Below are positions 29,255 through 40,700 of a stretch of 64,000 nt of DNA, in pieces. Where the stretch lies: the IMG/VR virus record IMGVR_UViG_3300032335_001269, positions 37,526-101,525 of that record; one strand, given 5' to 3'. Both the position numbers and the translations under genes were made by a program. The notes under the pieces were generated by a model. It was given only the letters and a program-made list of their open reading frames with translations. It did no database searches and was not told where the DNA came from. The DNA is from a virus. Its lineage: Duplodnaviria; Caudoviricetes. Each line of letters begins with the position of its first letter. Position 1 is the first letter of the stretch.

Positions 29255-29467
29255 TCAATCCTCATAAATTCTACACTCAAGTGCATCAGGATTGGCATCG
29301 CAATAAAGTTCAAATGCATTTGGATCATAATCATCATCCGGATGATTTGCTTTATATGCTTTAAGTGATTCTAATTCTTCTTCTGTATGTCTTCTTGCTT
29401 GTGGAGATGTCATAGGATCATTCAAGAGATTCTCATCTCTTTGAATGTGTTGATCTATTGTGCTCAT
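29255..29467 (-). CDS. cp12: CP12 Calvin-cycle inhibitor (auxiliary metabolic gene)
   Basis: C-terminal ELYCDANPDALECRIYED; SPQARRH.EEEL typical of cyanophage CP12. Confidence 0.93.
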   Translation of the reverse strand: MSTIDQHIQRDENLLNDPMTSPQARRHTEEELESLKAYKANHPDDDYDPNAFELYCDANPDALECRIYED

Positions 29468-29497
29468 TATTTTATAGCAGTGTGATATATTTATTTT

Positions 29498-29737
29498 TCA
29501 TTCACTCAGAGGACTACCTCTCCAATTCTTAGGTGGTGGAGGATCACATTTGCCTTCAAGTGAACGAACTAGTAATTCGGTGAATTTTTCCATTTTTTGA
29601 GGATGAACTGTAGCAGGGTTGTCATTAATTGCCTCTTTGAGTGCTACAAGTTCTTCCCATTCCTCAGGAGTGAGAATTTCGGGTCCTGTTTTTGCAAGTG
29701 TCATAGTGTTGTTACGTTGTGTCCCAAATGTTAGCAT
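29498..29737 (-). CDS. Hypothetical protein
   Basis: ORF track; EWEELVALK.AI...PA.V.P..ME.F.ELL. Confidence 0.65.
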   Translation of the reverse strand: MLTFGTQRNNTMTLAKTGPEILTPEEWEELVALKEAINDNPATVHPQKMEKFTELLVRSLEGKCDPPPPKNWRGSPLSE

Positions 29738-29789
29738 TTCAATATATTAATATCTAGTAATTTAATGTTTTCTTTGGGATTATGAAACA

Positions 29790-30659
29790 TTAGTTAATAT
29801 AATTTGATAAGTAGTCTAATTTCAAATCTACGGATAAAATATAACGATCATTGAGTCCGCTGTGAAAAACACTATGATAGTATGGTCCACCATCTTTAAA
29901 TGCTAGAAGTTTACCTTCTTCCCAAGTTCTAGTCTCATCGCCAACAGTAATTTTACATTTGGGATCACATATCAGACCAAGATGGATTCTCATATAATCT
30001 TTAGAATATCCCTGATGGGGACGAATGATAACTCCCGGTGAAAGTATGCTAACAAACACATTTGTAAGTATCTGATCTTGATCTGCCTGATTTATAATAT
30101 TGTGTAGAGTTGGAAGAAGTTTAGACCTATATCTCTTTACAAGTTTCTCTAAAGTATTTCCACCTGTTTTTTCTGCTCTATTATTTTCTGCCTGATAATT
30201 CTCATCTAATTTACTCAAAGCAGTGATTATCCAATTATTATCATACATCTTAACACTTTCGTTTGTATCAGGATCTGTGACCTTGAACTTTGGATACTTA
30301 ACAAACCATTGGTGATGTGTTTCTTGTAGTTGAAGAATCTCATCACGTATTGTCTGCCAATTATTTAAAAGTGCTTTGCAAATTGGTTCTTTCTGCAGTT
30401 TATCCTGCCAAAATGCTGGTTCTTTTTCTAACTTTGCCATTTCTTTTTCGTAGAATCGTAAAATTTCATCCTCAAACTCACTTAAATGTTTCTGAAGCAT
30501 AATTGATCCAGTCACATTACAAGCATAAAGAGTCGAATCATATCTACAGGCAGTCCAAGTGAGCATCAAATATTTGTAAAGTTCAGAATGATTGTGCTTA
30601 TGAGGTTCTACAAGATCAATCAGTTCTCGTAACATCTCCCGACTCATTAGACGTTTCAT
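29790..30659 (-). CDS. Aspartyl/asparaginyl beta-hydroxylase-family 2OG-Fe(II) oxygenase
   Basis: SILSPG..IRPHQG, RIHLGL, W.EGK...F.D...HSV.H...R..L.VD. Confidence 0.85.
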   Translation of the reverse strand: MKRLMSREMLRELIDLVEPHKHNHSELYKYLMLTWTACRYDSTLYACNVTGSIMLQKHLSEFEDEILRFYEKEMAKLEKEPAFWQDKLQKEPICKALLNNWQTIRDEILQLQETHHQWFVKYPKFKVTDPDTNESVKMYDNNWIITALSKLDENYQAENNRAEKTGGNTLEKLVKRYRSKLLPTLHNIINQADQDQILTNVFVSILSPGVIIRPHQGYSKDYMRIHLGLICDPKCKITVGDETRTWEEGKLLAFKDGGPYYHSVFHSGLNDRYILSVDLKLDYLSNYIN

Positions 30660-32599
30660 TTTTTCTCTCCAAAAAAGAGTCAAGTGTATCTAGATCGTTC
30701 AGAAATTCCCTGCTATTTTTCATATCATGATAATAAGACCAGAGAGCATTATGCACATCCATAAGATTATCAATCCAGAAACCTGTAGGGTAGATTCCCA
30801 GTGCGTCCATAAGAGCACGATGAGAGCAACCCCCACTTTCTGCCTTACACATAATGTAACAAATTGCCTGAACCATATCCAGTTTGTCTGATTCAGAAAG
30901 CATAAAATACTTTCCTACTGCTCTCTGCTTTGCCTCTTCAGTTTCTTTTTGAAGTTGCTTACAAGCATCAGAATCCCACCATTCTTGCAATGCTTTGCCG
31001 AATTCGTTATGTTCAGTCATCTTTATGAAAAAAATTGCCAAAGAATCCGGAGTCACCTGATTTACGATTCTCAAGTTTATCTAGAAGACTATCGGTGGTT
31101 TGTAGAGTTTCAATGCGATGAATAAGGTCTGCAATTACACTACAAACCATTGGGCGCTCTTGACGGGCAGCATATGATAGAGCATTACGCAGTGCTGCTT
31201 CTGCTTCTTTAAGTGATTCTTCAACTGATTGTGATAGTGCCATAATTAATTTGCCTTTTTAATAAGATAAGATCCATCACCATTATCTACCCATTCAACT
31301 CTATCACCTTCGTTAAGATTTGCTGCTTCTAAAAGGTCTTCGGGAAATGTTATACAATATTCATCTTTATCAGTGTCTTCATCTCTGACCACTTCAACAG
31401 GAAGAACCCACTTTTTTACTTTATCCGTCTTTTGATTGGCAACCAAATACTCAAGGTCACTATGACCCCAAGGTCTCATACCATCATCAGTTTCCTCCCA
31501 AAAAGAAGTCCAAGACTTTTTACATTCTGGTGATGGATCATTTTTATCACAAGACAGTTGTGATTCTTCAGGATAATAAGTCTTTTCCCAAGCATCCCAA
31601 CCTTCAATATGCCCCTTACCATTACCATTCAGTAGTGCCAAGAGATCATAACAACGACCAGTATGATGCTTGAAGTAATGATACTCTTCATTCACAACAC
31701 CTTTGATGGTATCATAGATTTCCTGTGGAGACACTTCCGCAGAAACCAAAGCATCTCTCACCCAAGTTTCTACTTGTTTAAGGGAATGTTTTTTGTAGTC
31801 AAAGTCACTCATTTTCATAGTCCTTGATTGCTTGTTCTATTATAACACCCAACTCTTTGCCGGTCAATCCATTCAACCATTTCCAGTTTGGGTCTTGCGG
31901 GTCCCAATCTGCTGTATAAGACCCATCATCGTTCTTTGTGATTCTAAAAGTATCTTCCATCAGAACCAAGAACCATTCAGTGATTTATGAGATTGCTTCA
32001 GTGCCTTGTAAAGTTTTTTAATTTCTTGATAAGAATCTTCTGGTTTCATCTTCCCACCAATTGCCATATTTGTCAGATAGGAGACGTGATGAGAAAAGTT
32101 ATTGAGATTGTTGATTTGAGCAATTTCAAGAAAACTCATATCAGCATCTGGACTAATTGGAGGAGTTGGAAATAAAAACTCCTCTTTTGCTTGCTTTGCA
32201 GTTGTCATTTGTCGAGTGTATAATTATTTAAATTATAAGGTTCTGATGCCAGAATGTCAATCCTTTCATCTATACCATTCATAGAGTTCATAATTTCATA
32301 AAGAACATTTGTGGTTTCAATGTTTTCTTCTTCAAGTTTTTGAACTTTCATTTCCAATTCTACCAATCTCTTATAAACATCATCCATAGGGACTTCATCT
32401 AACTTGCCCCACTTCTTTTGAAACCAGTTTGCATCACTCATAATACACCTACAGATTTTAAATAACGACGATATGCCATAAACCTACCTACACTTGGTTG
32501 CCCTGAAACATTCAATTGATGGCAGATTTCACAGTATTGAATCCATTCGTACCAAGGAGTTGTAGGATCTAATTCGTGATAAGGATAATCTTTACTCAT
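30616..32599 (-). other. Small hypothetical ORFs (30616-31074, 31013-31243, 31246-31818 with C-terminal AbrB-like domain, 31960-32208, 32205-32441, 32438-32599)
   Basis: ORF track; ITFPEDLLEAANLNEGDRVEW in 31246-31818 is AbrB-like. Confidence 0.7.
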
Positions 32600-33287
32600 A
32601 TTCTATTTTCCAACCATTAGTACAAATTCCATTTCTAAAATGTAATCCACAATACATTGTATCATATGATATTTTATGTTGCATACAAAAATTTCTCAAT
32701 CCACTAGAAATGGAATATTTGTTTCCAACATCATCAATTATAGCATATTTTTTTAAATTAAATGCCCTTCCTTTCTTTGCCCTAGATAATTTTTCTTTTG
32801 TTTCTTCTGTAAAAATTCTACCCTTACGAGACTCACTCATTTTTTGTTTTGTTGCTTCAGACAATTTTCTTCCTTTTAATTTGTCACTGATTTTTTGTTT
32901 AGTTTCTTCGCTTATTACATTTCCTTTCAAAGATTTACTTATTTTTTCTAAATGTTCTGGTGTAAAAGTTCTATCTTTTAGAGATTTACTTATTTTATTT
33001 CTCAATTCCAAAGACCTAATTGCACCAGAAGAACCATCACCACCATCGGTTCTATTATACAAAATACCAGTTCCTAAATCTTTTCTACCGAATACAGCAA
33101 TCATATAAATTTCGTGTTTGAATGCTTCCTCTTCAATTAAATTTTGTTTTAAAAAAATAATTCTTGATTTATCTTTTGGTGGTTTTATTTCATTTTTTGT
33201 TTTTTTATAAATTCTTTTTCCACTTCCCTTACCAATATAATAAGGTGTGCTGTCTTCACGCAAGTATGCGTAAGTGTAGTATTCCAT
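32592..33287 (-). CDS. GIY-YIG-type homing endonuclease with NUMOD3 repeats
   Basis: True start MEYYTYAYLR...PYYIGKGSGKR; E.YMIAVFGRKDLGTGILYNRTDGGDG; repeated SEET(K)QK(I/M)S...KG; late promoter at 33311-33318. Confidence 0.88.
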   Translation of the reverse strand: MEYYTYAYLREDSTPYYIGKGSGKRIYKKTKNEIKPPKDKSRIIFLKQNLIEEEAFKHEIYMIAVFGRKDLGTGILYNRTDGGDGSSGAIRSLELRNKISKSLKDRTFTPEHLEKISKSLKGNVISEETKQKISDKLKGRKLSEATKQKMSESRKGRIFTEETKEKLSRAKKGRAFNLKKYAIIDDVGNKYSISSGLRNFCMQHKISYDTMYCGLHFRNGICTNGWKIEYE

Positions 33288-33319
33288 CTGCTTTTTGTTT
33301 GTGGTAATACTATTTATAG

Positions 33320-33378
33320 AAGAAAAGGAGCATTTCTGCTCCCAATCTTTGCCTTTGAATAACCACAAACAAAAGCAT
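33320..33378 (-). ncRNA. Candidate two-hairpin antisense sRNA for the downstream endonuclease gene
   Basis: Own late promoter (33382-33389), hairpin 1, GAUU linker, terminator GGAGCA-GAAA-UGCUCC-UUUU; the 5' segment is complementary to the endonuclease 5' UTR (33289-33305). Confidence 0.6.
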
Positions 33379-33384
33379 TATTAT

Positions 33385-33615
33385 TTATAGTTTATAATCC
33401 ATACTACCAGAATACTTACTCACATTTTCTCCATTATTTTTGGATTCAAACTTATTTTCCTGCCGGAATTGCAATAGAAAACGGGTTGCTGATATACACG
33501 ACTCTTCAGTGAGAGAGGTGATAAGTCCATTACCTTCTTTGTCCGTCGAATACCAGAGTCCATACTTTTTTTCATCGACATAAAAGGCATCATCGATTAG
33601 TTTCTTTTCGGTCAT
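33385..33615 (-). CDS. Hypothetical protein
   Basis: ORF track; IDD.FYV....G.W.S.D.EG..LITSL. Confidence 0.7.
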   Translation of the reverse strand: MTEKKLIDDAFYVDEKKYGLWYSTDKEGNGLITSLTEESCISATRFLLQFRQENKFESKNNGENVSKYSGSMDYKL

Positions 33616-33720
33616 TGACTTTCTTTACAGTTTCGTGCAGTTCTTTAAGTGCTTGAATGGTTTCAGGAGTTTCTTCCCAACTCCAATCATTGTCATTTTT
33701 GTCTTTATAAGTTCTTTCAG

Positions 33721-34746
33721 TCATAGTGTAATCCACCTTTCGTTTTTAAGAGTCCAATTAGTTACTTCTGCGATACGTTCCCGAACAGATTTGGCAGGTT
33801 CCCATCCCAGTTCTTTCATTTTATCACCGTCCAATGCATAACGCAAGTCATGTCCGGGACGCGAAGAATGAAAATCAACAAGTTCATAATTTAATTCTTT
33901 TCCTTGAGCATTTGCAATAATTTGAGCAAGTTCAAGATTATTTAATTCTTCTGAACCTACGATATTGAACTTTGGACACTTTGCGTTTCCCCATGTAGAT
34001 TCAAATTCACCTTCATAGTTCAATAAAAATAGAACAGCAGATGAAACATCTTCAGCGTGAATATAATGCCTCGATCCGGGAATAGTTTTAGTAGAATCAC
34101 TATGAATCGTTACAGTTTCGCCATCACGAATTCTACGAATACACATTGGAATATATTTTTCAGGATGCTGACGCTCCCCAAACACATTCATTGTATGAGT
34201 AATATAAATTGGCAATCCGTAAGTATTCTCATAAGCAACAGCGAGTTCTTCACCACCTGCTTTTGTAGCACTATAGGGGTTTGTGGAATTATAACGATCA
34301 TTTTCCTTATACTTGATTCCATCAGGAGCAGGTCCAAAGACTTCATCAGTACTGAAGTAAATAAACCTTTTCAGGTCATTTTGTTTGCGGGCAAACTCAA
34401 GAATGTTACAAGTTCCAACAACATTATCCAACACAAATTCCATTGGATAATCAATACTGCGATCCACATGAGAACCAGCAGCAAGATGTAGAATGTAATC
34501 AACTTGCCCAACTTCAGAACAAACCAGAGGGTTCATTTCTGCTTTTAAATCATGATGAATTACCTTGACACGTTTGCGAACTTCTGGATCAAAGGAAAGC
34601 ATCAGATCATGAAGACGATTCAAATTTCCACTGTAATCAAGACGATCAAGAGTTACAACCTCCCAATCAGTCGTTTTAAGAATTTGTCCGATCAAGTGGT
34701 GGGCAATGAATCCGGCGCCACCAGTAATTAATGCTCGTTTAGTCAT
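33721..34746 (-). CDS. rmlB: dTDP-glucose 4,6-dehydratase-like NAD-dependent epimerase/dehydratase
   Basis: TGGAGFI, LAAGSHVDRSI, STDEVFG, PYSATK, RPGHDLRY. Confidence 0.92.
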   Translation of the reverse strand: MTKRALITGGAGFIAHHLIGQILKTTDWEVVTLDRLDYSGNLNRLHDLMLSFDPEVRKRVKVIHHDLKAEMNPLVCSEVGQVDYILHLAAGSHVDRSIDYPMEFVLDNVVGTCNILEFARKQNDLKRFIYFSTDEVFGPAPDGIKYKENDRYNSTNPYSATKAGGEELAVAYENTYGLPIYITHTMNVFGERQHPEKYIPMCIRRIRDGETVTIHSDSTKTIPGSRHYIHAEDVSSAVLFLLNYEGEFESTWGNAKCPKFNIVGSEELNNLELAQIIANAQGKELNYELVDFHSSRPGHDLRYALDGDKMKELGWEPAKSVRERIAEVTNWTLKNERWITL

Positions 34747-34962
34747 ACTTGTAACTCAATTGAATGTCTTTCTTTTTTAGATTGTAACGGTCAATGTGCT
34801 GCTTTCGATGGTCTTCAGTTTGAAAATAGCACTTGCGGGTTTCTTTGCCATCTTTATGAACCAATTTATAAGGAAACTGGTCAAAAGGAAACTCTTCAGT
34901 GTGTTCCATAATGTTGATTGCTCACGGTTTTGAGTATAGGATGAGATGTGGGATTTGTCAAG

Positions 34963-36742
34963 TCATTTAAATCCTTTTGTCTTCTCTTTGATATCTAACA
35001 CTTCAATATGACTCAAAAATTGATTTGCTGTTTGCAACCACGCTGCCTGCACTTCCATATAATCTTCAAAAACAATCTCCCTACCATTAGAAAGAATCAA
35101 CTTGTAATGATGACGATTATAAGGGTCGTTTGATGTTTGCTTAAATGTCTTCACTTCTTGTTTATCGTTGTCAGTAGAGTCCAAAACCAAACCTCCACAA
35201 TAATTAGAATAATAATCTCAACAAATACTGGTGGAAGACTCATTCTTCATCATCCCACAATGCTTTACGATTCATAAGTTCTTTAATTCTCTCCACCACA
35301 GCAGGGTCTTGTGGTTCATTGATTTGTCGCACAAGTTCATCATAATCCTCTACTGATAGAGTAATCTTTGGTAGTTTTTGTGCCAATCTCAACCTACGTT
35401 CTGGACTGATAGTTAGATTGTAGGGGTCATCGTAAGGATAGATGTATTCTTGAAACCAACCAATACTCAAACTCTCCCAGAACTCACCATAACCCCATTC
35501 ATCACCGTCATTATAACAGTCAAGAATATACAGGACATTACGAAATCCATCAAGGAAAAGTTCTAATTTTGTTGGGTTTTCAAATCTCATAATGTTTCAT
35601 CCACAATTAGGCATCCAGATGGTAGAGAGTTTGTTTTTCTTTGCAGTGATATTGAAGTGGTCAATCTGCCCATTCTTATGATAGATTCCGCACCAGAGGA
35701 ATCCATCATCCATCATCTCAAAGTGTATCATATCTATGTCCTTGACGACAATCTCATCAGGATTCTTTTCGTCGTTCATTTCTTCCACTTCCACTCACTT
35801 TTGATACTCCACTCTGGTCTAATGTAGGAGTAGTTTAGATAATCCCAAAAAATGCCTTGATAATCCTCAAAGTCCCATTCAGGGTCAGTTCCATCATAAG
35901 TCATCAAGTCTTTCCACAACTGAAAACATATCTTAAAGAGTTTCATTATGCTTTATTGAAGTGTAAACGAGTTTGCCAGATAGTTAGACTTTTGTCTCTC
36001 AACATATGAGCAGTCATATCAGGAAGAAGTCGTGTATATCTATCAAGAAACTCTCTTTCGGTGAGTTCTTCTGCTCCTTGTAAATAATAATCATAATTTA
36101 CAAAGTGTTTCCACTCTTTCTCATAATGTTCATCATTGTGATTATTGAGTGAGATTTGAAGATAAATTGACCTTCCATTTCCAGTCCCATAATAATCAAT
36201 CGCAAAGAAACGATAGAGTGGTTGTTCAGTCATCTTCACCAACCTTCATTTTATCAATATAAAAACCACCAGGAACATTATGTGGTCTCATATAAAAAAC
36301 AATTTCATCACCACGAGCAAGTTGTTCTTCAATTCCTTCCATAGTTCCATACATTCCAGTTCTTACAGATTCTGGAATTAAATTAAGTGCATCTTCAATT
36401 GTTTGTCGTTGTTCTTGTGTTAGTTTAGTCATTTACTTCTCCTTTCAGGTTTCTAACTCGTTCAAGAAATGCAGTTGCTTGTTCGTCCAATCGTGCAATC
36501 AAGTCCTCAATATCACTAATTGCAATCTCATTATACTCACGATTGAGGTTCTCACAACGAAGTGCGTCAATTGCGGACTGTAGGGTGATGATTTGCATAT
36601 GTTCCATCGTTATAGGCATACCTTGAGGCATACCAGAGGTTTCAAGATTATAAAAATCATTATATCGTTGAAGAACACGATTACTTTTTTCCCTCCTTTC
36701 GGCAACCTCAAACATCTCATCAGGATAAAACCTGTCTTCCAT
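34963..36742 (-). other. Run of small hypothetical ORFs
   Basis: Packed minus-strand ORFs 34963-35190, 35240-35590, 35597-35794, 35946-36242, 36226-36432, 36425-36742. Confidence 0.7.
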
Positions 36743-36822
36743 AATGGTTCCTTTGATTTCTCATATTATACAACAAAAGGCACCTGATTTCAAGTGCCCT
36801 TGTACCAGTTCTTCAAGTGTCC

Positions 36823-37518
36823 TTACAATACTCTAACTCTTTTAGAAGTATCTATATTTCTCTTTCTTTGATATCTTGTAAGTGGACCAAAAGTTGATAC
36901 AACCCCAGTTTCAAGACACATCCATTTTTGAGAATTTATCACTTTTGCTGCTTTTCTACCATCTTCAGTCATTTTTTCTTTTGTTCTTCCGTGAATACCA
37001 ACACCAAGTTCATAAGTAAGTTTTCCAACTTTACTTGAGTGTTCTATTATTTCTTCTTTTGTGAGTCCAAATATACCAATACCAAGTTCTTTTATTTTTT
37101 GACCACCCCTTCTACCATCTTTACTCATCTGCTCTTTATTTCTACCACAGACCCCAGTTTTATTTTCTTTAGATTTTTTCCCTGATATTTTTCCACCCAT
37201 CTTTCCTGCTTTACTTTTTTGTTCTAATGAAAAATTTCCACCACAACTTTCATTCAAACACCATTTATCTGTATTGAAGAATGGTTTTATCAATCGTTTT
37301 TCAACTTCTTGTGATTTCATCCATCCATCACCATTATAATCAAAAAATTCCAATATTTGTTTCTTTGGTGTATAAAGTTCCCAACACCATTTATGAGTTA
37401 TAGGAGTTCCCCAATACTCTTCATCAAATACTTTTTCTTTATGAACTCCATAATAGTAATATGGAACTTCTTCAAAAGTAATTTTATATAAGTATATTCT
37501 TGGACTTTGTGAAGTCAT
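36823..37518 (-). CDS. Seg-like (GIY-YIG-related) homing endonuclease
   Basis: IYLYKITF...YYYYGVH...YWGTP, E..LI, CLNE..GG; G(I/V)(F/H/C)G.TKE repeats; late promoter at 37544-37551. Confidence 0.75.
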   Translation of the reverse strand: MTSQSPRIYLYKITFEEVPYYYYGVHKEKVFDEEYWGTPITHKWCWELYTPKKQILEFFDYNGDGWMKSQEVEKRLIKPFFNTDKWCLNESCGGNFSLEQKSKAGKMGGKISGKKSKENKTGVCGRNKEQMSKDGRRGGQKIKELGIGIFGLTKEEIIEHSSKVGKLTYELGVGIHGRTKEKMTEDGRKAAKVINSQKWMCLETGVVSTFGPLTRYQRKRNIDTSKRVRVL

Positions 37519-37552
37519 CGTAATCTTGTTAGAACGGCATTATTATTTATAA

Positions 37553-37612
37553 TAGAAAAGGTGCCCGAAAGCACCTAATCTGTCCGTAGAGAATTGCCGT
37601 TCCAACAGACAT
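37553..37612 (-). ncRNA. Candidate two-hairpin antisense sRNA for the downstream endonuclease gene
   Basis: Own late promoter (37616-37623), hairpin 1, GAUU linker, terminator GGUGCU-UUCG-GGCACC-UUUU; the 5' segment is complementary to the 5' UTR (37524-37539). Confidence 0.6.
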
Positions 37613-37766
37613 TTTTATTTATCAGTATTTTCTTTATCCTGTTTTTCTTTGAGTTTCTTTAATTGCTCTCTACCATAAGTCGTTAATTCCTTTTTAGTAT
37701 TTCTCAAATTCTCAATTTCACTTTGAGAAAGAAAGAAAGCATCAGGAATATGCCCGTATTTTTCAG

Positions 37767-40700
37767 TCATCGCAACATTTCCTTGATTTTACGCAAACAA
37801 TCATTAAATCCATCAACAAGCAATTCAGTATCTACATTTTGACTTCCTGCTGCTGATTGTTCTTTCGGCAACCATTCTTCTACTGCGGATATAATATCAT
37901 CACAAGTTGCTGAAATATAATCATATTTGTTTGACAAAATATTCCAAAGTTTTTGAGATTTATGTTTCTCCACCAATCTATTCACAACCTCATCGGTAAT
38001 GTATGAAGCAGGATTATCTTTCTTATCCCAATATGCTCTCACATTCCTATAAGGTTCATCAGGACAATGTGGTTCATTATCCTTTGATTGTGCTGCCTGA
38101 AAACCTGCTTGGAATCCTTGCCACCTTGTATCATCATATTTGGAATCAGTTTCCAATTCAGGATATTGCCCCCACCAAACTCTGTATGCGTTTTCTACTG
38201 GTGATTTATATGTCTCAATCTCTTTGAGGAGTTCCAACTTTTTTTGAAGTACTTTAATTTCTGCTTCTGTTTTTTGAATATCGGGGTTAAAAGTCATTTG
38301 TTTAAGATAAGGAGTAGCATCCATCACACCATCTTTCTTTGCTTGTCTAAAAGCATTACGTAGACCTTCATCTACTTGCTCTGGTGTTTGTGGTTTTGGT
38401 TGAAATTCAGTCATTGTTTGTCAGTCCTGTTTGTTCTTCCAGTTTAGCATAGTTTGCTGCTTCCCAACCAGCAACAAAAGATGCGTGAATCCAACCATAC
38501 ATAATGTCCTCACGGGTCTTTTCGTCTTCTACTTTACAGTCTCCATAAAACCACTCACTACGAAAAGTATAAAGACTATAAAAGTCATTGAACCATTTTA
38601 CAAAGGCATCCTCTGCTTCATCGTGAAAGTTCCAGTTGTTGGTTGGATGTTTCATAAGTCTAATGGTTGCTGGGGGTCTCTTTTCCAAGTTTCCTTATAA
38701 GTAATCCACCGTTCCACACCAATTTCTTGTTGAGCAACCCAGTGTATTCCATTCTCATCAATCGCATCAAGATGATGAACACCAGTCTTGGGGCAGATGA
38801 CTCTGGATACTTGTGTGAATTTTAGTTTGTTAGTCATTCTTCCAAACTTTTAATACATTTTTGAATCAGGTCATTCCATCTCTTTGGAGTAAGTTTCTCA
38901 CTCGCATAAGAACTCCTAAAAGGATACTTATACCAATAAAGTCTAAAGTTTTCACTTGGGATTTCAAAGTTAGGTTTATCCATTTCATCTTCTTCATCAC
39001 CCCAATAATAAGGACGGATGATAAAGAAATCGTTGGAGAAATGTGGAGTGTATCCATAATCTTTTTCTCCTGTCTTTTCTGTAATCGCATCAATCAGGAT
39101 TTGGAATGGACCACCCATCCATTTCTCACGAGGAACACTATATTCCTCTGTGGGATTTCCAAACAACATTTGCCCAAGTTCAAGTTCAGTCATTTTCTTT
39201 CATACAAGGGTATTCAAACTTTTCACCAATACATTCTAACATAGTGCGGGCAAAGGTAATCTCACCATAAGCACAACCATCTTCAAAGGCATCATCATAA
39301 CTACCAGCACTTGGAGTATAATCATCTCCATCTACATCATAGCAGTGTTTTACCTCTGCGTATTCTTTGAGAACCTTGAGGAGAAGTGTGAGTTTTTCTT
39401 CGTTAGTCATCTTTTGCTCCATCAAGGTAATCACCAGTAGTATAAAGGAATAAGACAGCAGTTATAACCAGAGAAGAAATCCAAAAGTTATCACCGACAA
39501 TTGAATTTACTCCAAAAACTAAAAAGTAAAGTAGTGGTATTTGAAGTAGATATTTGATTAAGAGTTTCATTTGAAAATACCAACAACATATGCTATTCCC
39601 CAACAAAGAATGATTGTTTGATAAGCATTCAGTAAAACAATAGTGTTGAGTTTCATTTTACCCCCAGAAGTTCTCTTTCTTCATCAGTCAAACGAGCAAG
39701 AAGTTCTTGTCGTTTTTGTTCTTTGATTTCCTTTTGTAGTCGTTCTTCCAATTTTTCATCAAGAACATCCATCATAGTATCAAAACTATAACACCCCTTG
39801 TTCCAGTTGCTCTCAGCATTTTGAGTGATGAATACTTTTTCCTCAAACTTTTCTGGACGGAACATTTCAAAGATACGGATTACATAATCCCCATCTTTGT
39901 CCTCACGAACCTCAACACTTAAATCAAGTTGTTTTGCTTTGGAAAAGAGTTTGAGAAGTTCAGTTGCTTTGATAGTCATTTCAAATTCCGCAAAGTGTGA
40001 ATAAGTTCTGGAATATAAGACCGATGAATATCCATCACATATTCACTCTCAGGTTCATCAGGTTGTCCCAACCATACTCTTACAACTTCATTTTCAATTT
40101 GAGTGTAGAAAGGATTATCTTTGTGTTTTTCTTGTTCCTTATGTTTTTGGATTTGAAGTTCAAGTTCGTTGAGTTGTTCTTCGGTCAGTTGTGTAAGGTC
40201 AATCATCAGGTTTCTGTGTGTATGAGAGTATTATAAGGCATCCAGAGACACCCAGAGCATCCCCTGTGCCAGTTCGTCAAGTGTCCAAATAAACCTCAAA
40301 GGTTATTTTATTCATATGGTCTCCAAATTCCATATTCATACTTACCACCTGTGCCTTATCATTTTGGAGTTTTTCTGCTACTTGTTGAAATGATGCTTTC
40401 AAGTCATCAAGGTCATAAGATTTGAGTTTTGGAAATTTTGGTTTCTCTACTGGTTTTGGAGGTTCTGGTGGTTTTGAATTGTAGAGTTCATTATATTTTT
40501 CAATTAGAGGATTATTAGTCATCCTTCAACATCTCCACTCACTACAATAGGTTCTACATCACCACAGACAACTTCTGCTTTCATTTGTTCCATAATAATA
40601 GACACCTTATCCATAACTCTTTCTCTGGTTTCTTGTGTCCAAATACTATTTCCAACGACACTCAAACTTTTATAAAGAGTGTTATGAATTACCATTAAAT

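Noticed and set aside
33288-33368. 27-aa N-terminal extension of the GIY-YIG ORF
   Set aside because: It spans the terminator and late promoter; the family-typical start is MEYYTYAY at 33287.
24669-37518. Endonucleases as group I intron- or intein-encoded
   Set aside because: The flanking ORFs look complete with their own starts and stops, no intron core was recognised, and the genes appear free-standing.
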